Source: Candidatus Ozemobacteraceae bacterium (lineage in GTDB: Bacteria; Muiribacteriota; Ozemobacteria; Ozemobacterales; Ozemobacteraceae). From it: a stretch of 64,000 nt of DNA. The stretch is taken from assembly GCA_965140445.1 (NCBI GenBank), contig OZ223236.1, positions 2,592,001 to 2,656,000 of the forward strand. Reading direction: 5' to 3'. A model generated the notes under the pieces. The model had not been told where the DNA came from and did no database searches. It saw only the letters and a program-made list of their open reading frames with translations. The translations under genes were made by a program, and so were the position numbers. Position 1 is the stretch's first letter; every line of letters begins with the position of its first letter. Positions 19,257 through 26,640 of the stretch are shown piece by piece.

Positions 19257-20754
19257 TACATATCCTTTCGTAGTAATCCATTGTGGATTCAAACAATTTG
19301 GGTGAAAAAACTGATGGAGTTTGCTTTTTTACCTCTTCGATTTCTGCTTTTATTACAGCTTCTCCAGCTTTTTTTGTTTCAGGAGAAGCGAAATCGTTGA
19401 GCCACTCTCTATAGGTAAGAATTGCATTCAATTTACAGAAGTGACATTCATGCCCAGATTTTAACATACTCATGATCTGATCGCCGGTTCTTCCGCATCT
19501 GTATCCAGCTGTGCAGAATGATGTGATAACGCCTTTTTTTGCAAGGTCACCGATGAGCTGATCTAATGTTCTTGTGTCCCCGAGCATAAATTGTTGTTCG
19601 TCTATATTCTGTTCTCCAGTAGCCTTTGAATAACCACCTATTCCAATAATCGTTGAGGCGTCAGTTTGTGTACAACCGACAAACAAAACGTCGTCTCTAA
19701 CTTCCTGTGATTCTCTGGCTGTTATAATGAGTCCTGTATAAGGAACTGCAAGACGGATTAAGGTAACGATTTTTTTAAAGTCTTCATCTGAAACGAAGTA
19801 GTCTTCATTCTGGTTATTTCCAAAAATTGGAGAATTACTGGCAGGGGTTATTCTGGGAAATGAGATGGTGTGTGGGCCAACTCCAAACTTTGTTTCCAAC
19901 TCAATTGAGTGAGCCAGAAGCCCCATAACCTCAAATCTCCAATCGTAAAGTCCGAAAAGTGCGCCTATTGCTACATCATCTATCCCTGCTTCGTAGGCTC
20001 TATGGTGTACATATAAGCGCCAGGGGAAGTTTCCTTTAACCGTATTTTCAGGGTGCATTTTCCTGTAGGTTTCGTGGTGATATGTTTCCTGAAAGACCTG
20101 GTAAGTACCGATTCCAACTTCGTGAAGCTTTCTTAAATCATCTACTGAAAGGGGAGCTGCATTAATATTGACTCTTCTAATCTCACCCTGTTTTTTGTCG
20201 GTTTTCACCTTGACGTCATAAATTGTCTTGATACTCTCTGCAATATAATCAGCGCCAGTTTGGGGATGCTCGCCATATACTACGATTACCCTTTTATGGC
20301 CAATATCTCCGGCAAGAACTTCGGCTTCTCGCTTAATTTCTTCCATTGATAAGCAAACCCGCTTTTCATCTTCATTGTCACATCTGAAGCCACAATACAT
20401 GCAATTGTTTACGCAAAGGTTGCTGCAATATAAGGGAGCAAAGGTAACTATTCTATTGTCATAGACTTTAGTTTTTACTTTTGCAGCCATTTTATACATC
20501 TTATCCCAGGTTTCCGTTTTTTTTACTTTCATTAGAGTCGCAAGCTCTTCCGGGGAAAGGGTTTTTATTTGATAAGACTTTTCAAGGATTCTATCTACTT
20601 CTTCATCAGAAGGTTCTGATGCTTCGTTAATCTGTTTCCAGATCAAATCGTCGTCTATAAAATCTTTGCCATCTACCATGTGTTTTTCATATTCTTCAGG
20701 CTTGATGACTTTGTTAATCCATGATTCTGGTGAAGCATTTTTATTTACTTGCAT
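19231..20754 (-). CDS. hydG: [FeFe]-hydrogenase H-cluster radical SAM maturase HydG
   Basis: FAPLY.SN.C.N.C.YC, GIGTYQVFQETYH and GPHTIS.PR motifs; C-terminal CX5CX19C auxiliary cluster motif; AGGAG SD before ATG 20754. Confidence 0.95.
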   Translation of the reverse strand: MQVNKNASPESWINKVIKPEEYEKHMVDGKDFIDDDLIWKQINEASEPSDEEVDRILEKSYQIKTLSPEELATLMKVKKTETWDKMYKMAAKVKTKVYDNRIVTFAPLYCSNLCVNNCMYCGFRCDNEDEKRVCLSMEEIKREAEVLAGDIGHKRVIVVYGEHPQTGADYIAESIKTIYDVKVKTDKKQGEIRRVNINAAPLSVDDLRKLHEVGIGTYQVFQETYHHETYRKMHPENTVKGNFPWRLYVHHRAYEAGIDDVAIGALFGLYDWRFEVMGLLAHSIELETKFGVGPHTISFPRITPASNSPIFGNNQNEDYFVSDEDFKKIVTLIRLAVPYTGLIITARESQEVRDDVLFVGCTQTDASTIIGIGGYSKATGEQNIDEQQFMLGDTRTLDQLIGDLAKKGVITSFCTAGYRCGRTGDQIMSMLKSGHECHFCKLNAILTYREWLNDFASPETKKAGEAVIKAEIEEVKKQTPSVFSPKLFESTMDYYERICNGERDLFI

Positions 20755-20777
20755 AGGAAACTCCTGATTTGTGATTT

Positions 20778-21053
20778 TCAAATTTTTGTGAATACGGTTT
20801 TGACGCTGATATCTGGTAGGAGCCCAATCTTCCCCGTTAAAGCACCAATTTCATCATTTGTTCCATCAACTATTAATGAAACAACAGAGATATTTCGCTC
20901 TTTATAGGGGATTCCCATTCGACCAACAATCAGGTGAGAAAATTCATGCAGCAGATTGTTAAAATCATTAACAGCAAGTCCGGGTGTTTTGAGAATAACT
21001 GCAACAACTCCGAGCCTTCTTTGCGCAGAATCTGCGCTATTCGTTCTGGTCAT
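20778..21053 (-). CDS. TM1266-family iron-only hydrogenase system putative regulator (ACT-like)
   Basis: N.LLH.F..LIVGRMGIPY....ISV.SLIVDG..D.I.ALTGK.G.L; directly upstream of hydG. Confidence 0.9.
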   Translation of the reverse strand: MTRTNSADSAQRRLGVVAVILKTPGLAVNDFNNLLHEFSHLIVGRMGIPYKERNISVVSLIVDGTNDEIGALTGKIGLLPDISVKTVFTKI

Positions 21054-21103
21054 TTTTTTGCTCCTTGATGTCAGGGAAACCCCTTCATCTTAGAAAAGTA
21101 TGT

Positions 21104-21121
21104 TTATGAAAAGTTTCACAA
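21104..21121. promoter_or_regulatory. Putative Rex operator
   Basis: TTATGAA-AAGT-TTCACAA, one arm mismatch to TTGTGAA-N4-TTCACAA, just downstream of the predicted hydG-operon promoter. Confidence 0.65.
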
Positions 21122-21132
21122 ACGTTAAGGTT

Positions 21133-21160
21133 AGTATACTAAATTTGTAGCATTTTGCAA
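21133..21160 (-). promoter_or_regulatory. Sigma70-type promoter of TM1266-hydG
   Basis: TTGCAA-16nt-TATACT. Confidence 0.6.
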
Positions 21161-21193
21161 CCATAATTTTGCAAACTTAATTTTGCCAAATTA
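21152..21193. repeat. Three tandem 14-bp direct repeats
   Basis: ATTTTGCAACCATA / ATTTTGCAAACTTA / ATTTTGCCAAATTA. Confidence 0.7.
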
Positions 21194-21279
21194 CATCTGT
21201 TTGAGAAAAAAATCTCAAAGTTCTTGCCTAAGCAGGCCTTTTTATTTATCTTTGCAGTAATAAACACAGGGGCATATCA

Positions 21280-22659
21280 ATGGAACAAAAATTTCGCCTT
21301 GAACATGACTTCATTGGAGAAAAATCAATTCCCACAGAAGCATTGTTTGGAATAAACTCCTTGCGAGCATTTGAGAACTTTTTTTTAACTGGAAAAAAAA
21401 TCCCATCTGAAATGATTAGAGCGTTGGCAATGGTAAAAAAAGCTGCCGCAAAAGCTCATAAAAATTCAGGAGAAATTGCTGATGCTAAAGTAGAAGCCAT
21501 TATAAGTGCTTGTGATGAAATGATTTCAGGAAAGCTCGATTCCGAAATCATTGTTGATCCTCTTCAGGGTGGAGCCGGAACAGCCGCTAATATGAACATC
21601 AACGAAGTCCTTGCTAATCGAGCAAATGTAATTCTTGGTGGGAATCCAGGAGATTATGAGCTGGTTCACCCTCTGGATCATGTCAATAAAGGACAAAGCA
21701 CCAATGATGTTTTCCCTACTGCGCTTAAAATAGCAGCTATATGGGATTTGAGAGATATGGTTGAAGAGGTTGCCAGACTTCAGGAAGCTCTACAGGAAAA
21801 AGAAACTGAGTTCGCTCCAATTATAAAAATTGGGCGCACCCAACTTCAGGACGCCGTTCCCGTAACCTTGGGAGCTGAATTCAGTGCTTTTGCAGAAGCA
21901 ATTTCCAGAGATAGATGGCGACTCTATCGAGTGGAAGAACGTCTTAGAGTTGTAAATCTAGGTGGAACTGCTATTGGGACAAGTATTCGGGCGAGAAGAG
22001 AATTTCAATTTGAAATGCTTAAACATCTTAGAGATGAAACCGGAATTGGCATCGCTCGTGCTGAAAATCTTGTTGAGGCTACTCAAAATGCCGACGTTTT
22101 CTGTGAAATTTCGGGTCTTTTAAAGCCATTGGCAGTTAACTTGTCTAAAATGGCATCTGATTTACGTTTACTTTCCTCTGGACCGCATTCTGGAATTGGA
22201 GAAATTTTTCTTCCGGCAGTTCAGGAAGGAAGTACTATCATGCCAGGGAAAGTGAATCCCGTAATGTGTGAAATGATAAATCAAGTTGCGATGAAGGTTA
22301 TGGGCAACGATTTAATTATTGCTCACGCTGCCGAGAGCGGACAGCTTGAGCTTAATGCTTTTTTACCACTTATAATGGATGTACTGTTGGAGTCGCTTAC
22401 GATTCTGAGAAGAGGTATTGGTTTATTTACTGATAAATGTATAAAGGGCATAAAGGCTAACAAAGAAAGATGTGAGAAAAACTTAAAGGGGTCGCTAGGT
22501 ATGCTGACTCTTCTAGCCGAAAAACTTGGGCATGATAAAACTTCCTTGATTTACAAAAAACACCTGGAAACAGGTGAGTCTGTAGAAAAACTTTTACTGG
22601 AAAACAAATTTGTAACCTCTGAAGACATTGGAGAAGCATTAAAGGCATGTAGACCATAA
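21280..22659 (+). CDS. aspA: Aspartate ammonia-lyase
   Basis: QGGAGT..NMN.NEV, QSTNDVFPT, GRTQLQDAVP and GS.IMPGKVNPV fumarase/aspartase signatures; adjacent to hydG. Confidence 0.88.
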   Translation: MEQKFRLEHDFIGEKSIPTEALFGINSLRAFENFFLTGKKIPSEMIRALAMVKKAAAKAHKNSGEIADAKVEAIISACDEMISGKLDSEIIVDPLQGGAGTAANMNINEVLANRANVILGGNPGDYELVHPLDHVNKGQSTNDVFPTALKIAAIWDLRDMVEEVARLQEALQEKETEFAPIIKIGRTQLQDAVPVTLGAEFSAFAEAISRDRWRLYRVEERLRVVNLGGTAIGTSIRARREFQFEMLKHLRDETGIGIARAENLVEATQNADVFCEISGLLKPLAVNLSKMASDLRLLSSGPHSGIGEIFLPAVQEGSTIMPGKVNPVMCEMINQVAMKVMGNDLIIAHAAESGQLELNAFLPLIMDVLLESLTILRRGIGLFTDKCIKGIKANKERCEKNLKGSLGMLTLLAEKLGHDKTSLIYKKHLETGESVEKLLLENKFVTSEDIGEALKACRP

Positions 22660-22698
22660 GGTTTTCACAATTTTTAACCAGACAGGAATCTAAAAAAC

Positions 22699-22733
22699 AA
22701 AAGGCCGTCTGCAACTTATGCAGACGGCCTTTT
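22699..22733. terminator. Bidirectional terminator between aspA and sppA
   Basis: AAAAGGCCGTCTGCA-ACTTA-TGCAGACGGCCTTTT. Confidence 0.9.
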
Positions 22734-22742
22734 ATAATTTTA

Positions 22743-23753
22743 CTAATTTGAAAGGGGCATAGACATTTTGTACATTAAAGATGGAACTTCTGAACTCTCC
22801 ATGATTTTTTTGAATTCATTAATCAAAGCTGGTGCTCCAGAATTCATGCTTGCCATTTCAGACAGTACTTCAGCAAAGCCTTTTTTGGAATAGCTTTTAA
22901 CCAGAGCGGCGCTTTCAATTTTCGCAAGTTTACAGGCAACCGCCATTGAATCTTCCCTGTAACCTATTTGATCGATTAAACCAAGCTCCTTTGCTCTGGT
23001 CGCATTATAAATGCCGCCATCCGCAATTTTTTCGACATCTTTTCTGGTCATCTTTCTTCCTTTGGTAACAATTTCAACAAATCTTTCGTAGATGCTGTTA
23101 ATTATTTCCAGGATCATTTCTTTTTCTTCTACCGTCATTTCACGGAAAGGTGAAAGAATGTCCTTTTTCGGAGTTTTTTCTGATTTGAGAACAACAGGTT
23201 TAATGCCGAGATTAGCAACCAGGCGCTCAAAGTTCATTCCATGCATAATAACGCCAATGCTTCCAAGGATTGAGGTAGGGTGGGCGAGGATTTTGTCAGC
23301 GGCACAGGCCACATAATATGCTCCAGAAGCGCCAAGGGTTCCAAAATGTGCAACTACTGGTTTGCCAGTTTTCTTTTTGAAATTTTCAATTTGATGATAA
23401 ATAATATCACTGGCAGTAACTTCTCCACCGGGAGAATTTATCTCTATCAAAACCGCTTTTATCGCATCCCTTTTTTCTGCGACAAGTAGATCTTTTTTGA
23501 TCTGTTTGAACATGTCTTTATTTGGTTGAAAGGGGATTGATTGTTCTTCATCTTTTTCCTGAATAACACCTTTGATTTTTATCAGGAGGATTTCTTCTTT
23601 AGCTTCTTCATCGCCTTCAACAAATTTAACTCGGAGCTTTTTCTTGCTTTTTTCACTGGCTGAAGGCGCAAAAATACTAAAAATACCCTGGGCGAAGCTT
23701 GCGCTTGATACGGTAAAAATTAATGCGAAACACAAATAGTAAATTTTTTTCAT
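22743..23753 (-). CDS. sppA: Signal peptide peptidase SppA (S49, 36K type)
   Basis: INSPGG, ASGAYY and GSIGV motifs; signal peptide from ATG 23753. Confidence 0.92.
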   Translation of the reverse strand: MKKIYYLCFALIFTVSSASFAQGIFSIFAPSASEKSKKKLRVKFVEGDEEAKEEILLIKIKGVIQEKDEEQSIPFQPNKDMFKQIKKDLLVAEKRDAIKAVLIEINSPGGEVTASDIIYHQIENFKKKTGKPVVAHFGTLGASGAYYVACAADKILAHPTSILGSIGVIMHGMNFERLVANLGIKPVVLKSEKTPKKDILSPFREMTVEEKEMILEIINSIYERFVEIVTKGRKMTRKDVEKIADGGIYNATRAKELGLIDQIGYREDSMAVACKLAKIESAALVKSYSKKGFAEVLSEMASMNSGAPALINEFKKIMESSEVPSLMYKMSMPLSN

Positions 23754-23766
23754 TGACTTACCCCTT

Positions 23767-24876
23767 CTATTTTTCTTGTCCTCTTGTCCAGAAACCTTCA
23801 TTCCGCTCATCTGGACATGCGTTAAAAAGAACCTGGCAATCGTTACACCTGAGACAGAGATCAGCGTTGGTAGCTTTTCTATTCTGCATCGAAGCGTAAA
23901 TAAATTCAGGACTTCTTAAAAGTGCTTTGTCAAAATTAATCATGTCAGCATAATTGTGGGAAAGTATGTTTGCCGCACTGCGCTGAGAAAAAACATTTCC
24001 TGAATAAATTACAGGAATAGAGAGTTTCCTTAATTCGATTGCTTCATCCTTAAAAACGCAATCAGGAGAATCTTTGCCAAAAATTGAATCTGCTCCATAT
24101 TGATTTGATGGAATGCCCCCGGTTAGATGAAAGGCATCCACTTTGCAATTTGCAAGCATTTTTGCCAGTTTTAATGATTTTGCCATGGTTAATCCGCCAG
24201 GCAGGTAATCCCGCATAGGGATTCGATAAAATAAAAGCAAATCTGGAACGGCTTCCTTGATTTTCGTAACAACTTCCATCGCAAGACGAAATGAATTGTC
24301 ATACTCAAGTCCAAATTCATCAAATCTTTTATTGGTTTTTGGCGAAATAAATTGATGAAGAAGCTCTCCATCGCCCCCTTGAATCTCAATTGCTTCAAAC
24401 CCGGCATCCCATGCTGAAATTGCTCCCTGAACAAAATCTGAAATGATTTTCTGGATTTCCTGAAAGGTTAACTCTTTGCCTAGAGGATCATTTTTGCCTT
24501 TAAAGTCAATTCCAGATGGAGATAACCTGAATGCTCTTTCAGGAGTTAAAGCAAGAACACCTGGATGAGTGATTCGTATTGCGGGAATCGCACCCTTTGA
24601 TCTGACTCGTTCGGCAATAGCCGCGAAACGGTTCATATTTTCATGGCTTTGTAAGTTTAGCTGTTTTGAAAATGAGCGATGATTTTTTTGAATTGATGCG
24701 CTTTCTACAATAACCAGAGATGGACCTGTTTCAGCAATTTTTCCATAGAAATTTATGAGCTTATCCGTTGGCTTACCGTTTAAATCTGCTAATTTTGTGC
24801 AATTAAATGAAACAACTGCTCTATTTTTCAGTTGAAGTTTTTTTATTTGGATTGGCTCTGACAATAAGATCGGCAT
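23767..24876 (-). CDS. NADH:flavin oxidoreductase / old yellow enzyme family protein with non-canonical active site
   Basis: LKNR, A..AGF.AIEI and F.SP.TNKR.DEFG motifs; C-terminal CxxCxxC. Confidence 0.8.
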   Translation of the reverse strand: MPILLSEPIQIKKLQLKNRAVVSFNCTKLADLNGKPTDKLINFYGKIAETGPSLVIVESASIQKNHRSFSKQLNLQSHENMNRFAAIAERVRSKGAIPAIRITHPGVLALTPERAFRLSPSGIDFKGKNDPLGKELTFQEIQKIISDFVQGAISAWDAGFEAIEIQGGDGELLHQFISPKTNKRFDEFGLEYDNSFRLAMEVVTKIKEAVPDLLLFYRIPMRDYLPGGLTMAKSLKLAKMLANCKVDAFHLTGGIPSNQYGADSIFGKDSPDCVFKDEAIELRKLSIPVIYSGNVFSQRSAANILSHNYADMINFDKALLRSPEFIYASMQNRKATNADLCLRCNDCQVLFNACPDERNEGFWTRGQEK

Positions 24877-24960
24877 TTTTTGATATTACATTGTCGCTCT
24901 ATGCGGGTCAAGGTTAAGAAAAGGCTGCAACAGTTTATATTTTGTGATAAGATTCCCAAC

Positions 24961-25860
24961 ATGATTAAAATTCCAAATTTTCCCGAACAAACTACAATTC
25001 AGTTATCACATAGAGATGCCTTAACAGAAGCAGTTACAGCACAGGGAATTAAATCTGCCGAATTTTCTATTTATTACCTATTAAGTTGGTTTTATAACCG
25101 ACCTGCATATATTTCCAAAATTGATGACAGATTGATCCTGGATGTTGAGAGTCGCGAAGGTTGCCATATCTTTCTTGGACCATTCGGAACAGGCCCAATT
25201 AAGCCAGCTGTCGAGAAGATGCTTTCCTATATGGAATCTCTGGGCTGTGAAAGAGCAATTAGATACATTCCCCAGACTTTAGTTGAAGAGATTAAGTCTG
25301 TTATGACTCCCATAAGGGAAGAAGAGCACAGAGACTACTTTGACTATATTTACAGTCGGGAAGAATTAGCTGAACTGCCAGGAAGAAAGTTTCAAAAGAG
25401 GCGCAATCAGGTAAATCGAATACAAAGGACCATCAATCCAAAGATAAAAATTATTTCCAAAGATGATGTGGAAGAAATTATGCATTGTCTTGATTTATGG
25501 TACGAAAAATATGGCGATGGTGATCTTTTTCTTGAAATGGAAAAAGAAAGCATAAAAAGGGCTCTCCCAATGTTATGGACACTCGGTGGAGTTGGCGTAA
25601 AGCTGGAGCTGGAAGAGGGAATGTGCGGGCTTTCATGGGCTGTTCCCTTAACAAAAGAAACCTGGCTGGTTCCTGTAGAAAAAGCTTCCCGAGAGATTGG
25701 CGGAATGTACCAGTATGTAAATTGGGCTCTTGCAAATAATTTACCAGAAGAGGTCAAATATTTAAACAGGGAAGCAGACCTTGGTATTGAAGGCCTTAGA
25801 ACAGCTAAAATTCGTTATAATCCTGTTGATTTCGAGAAGAAATTCACCCTCTGGTTTTAA
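24961..25860 (+). CDS. DUF2156 / phosphatidylglycerol lysyltransferase C-terminal-like (GNAT) protein
   Basis: DYIY....L.EL.GRKF.K.RN, EKA and YLNRE.DLG.EGLR.AK..Y.P motifs. Confidence 0.85.
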   Translation: MIKIPNFPEQTTIQLSHRDALTEAVTAQGIKSAEFSIYYLLSWFYNRPAYISKIDDRLILDVESREGCHIFLGPFGTGPIKPAVEKMLSYMESLGCERAIRYIPQTLVEEIKSVMTPIREEEHRDYFDYIYSREELAELPGRKFQKRRNQVNRIQRTINPKIKIISKDDVEEIMHCLDLWYEKYGDGDLFLEMEKESIKRALPMLWTLGGVGVKLELEEGMCGLSWAVPLTKETWLVPVEKASREIGGMYQYVNWALANNLPEEVKYLNREADLGIEGLRTAKIRYNPVDFEKKFTLWF

Positions 25861-25918
25861 GTTATCTAGTTAAATCTGCCGATAGTTATAGTATAGATAA
25901 AAAAAAGCTGGCAGGCAG

Positions 25919-26524
25919 ATGAACAGATTTATCAAAAGGTTAACTTTTGCATTTAAAACTGTGGTTGGTATTTGGCTCTTTATAATACTGGCAATGGTTC
26001 TGTCTGGATGCGCGGCAGAACGCGACAATCCTCTTGCTGTTGAGACATTAAACGGTGCACCTCCCAAACAAGAATCGGTTGCCATGGAGCTGGATGCTCG
26101 TGGTTTGCTAAATGGAAAGCTGGTTCCAAGTGGTGCAACTCCCTCAGATCTCACCAATAATGTAATTACTTATACCGGAAATTGGACACCAATTAAAAGC
26201 AGCAACAGTCCGGAATGGTATACCATGACCAGCGAAACGCCAGGTGCGCAGGTAGAAATCGTTGCCACATTGAGCCGTCTGGTTTTTGACTTTTGGGACT
26301 ACGAATTTTATCCAGATCCAGGCAATGTTTCATTTTTTATTGACGGAAAGCCGCTTGGTTCATTCCAATTGGCCCGCACTAGCGCAGATGGCAGAAAAAT
26401 AACCGACTATCAGATTTCCACACAAAAAAATACCGTGGCCACCATAACCATGAAGCTTAACTCCGGGCGTGTAACTATTTCAGGCTATCTGTTGTTGTTT
26501 CTCGATAAGAACTATCCCTATTAG
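25919..26524 (+). CDS. Putative lipoprotein with a beta-sandwich domain
   Basis: Lipobox LSG/C after a hydrophobic stretch; beta-rich body. Confidence 0.7.
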   Translation: MNRFIKRLTFAFKTVVGIWLFIILAMVLSGCAAERDNPLAVETLNGAPPKQESVAMELDARGLLNGKLVPSGATPSDLTNNVITYTGNWTPIKSSNSPEWYTMTSETPGAQVEIVATLSRLVFDFWDYEFYPDPGNVSFFIDGKPLGSFQLARTSADGRKITDYQISTQKNTVATITMKLNSGRVTISGYLLLFLDKNYPY

Positions 26525-26640
26525 GGAAAACCATTATTTGCCGCCAGCTATTAGGTGGATTTGTAGCTTTTTGTTATTTAGCGGTTTTCAAGCTAATTTA
26601 TTGAAGTGAAATAATGCGCGTATCCAGTTTACTTAAATAA

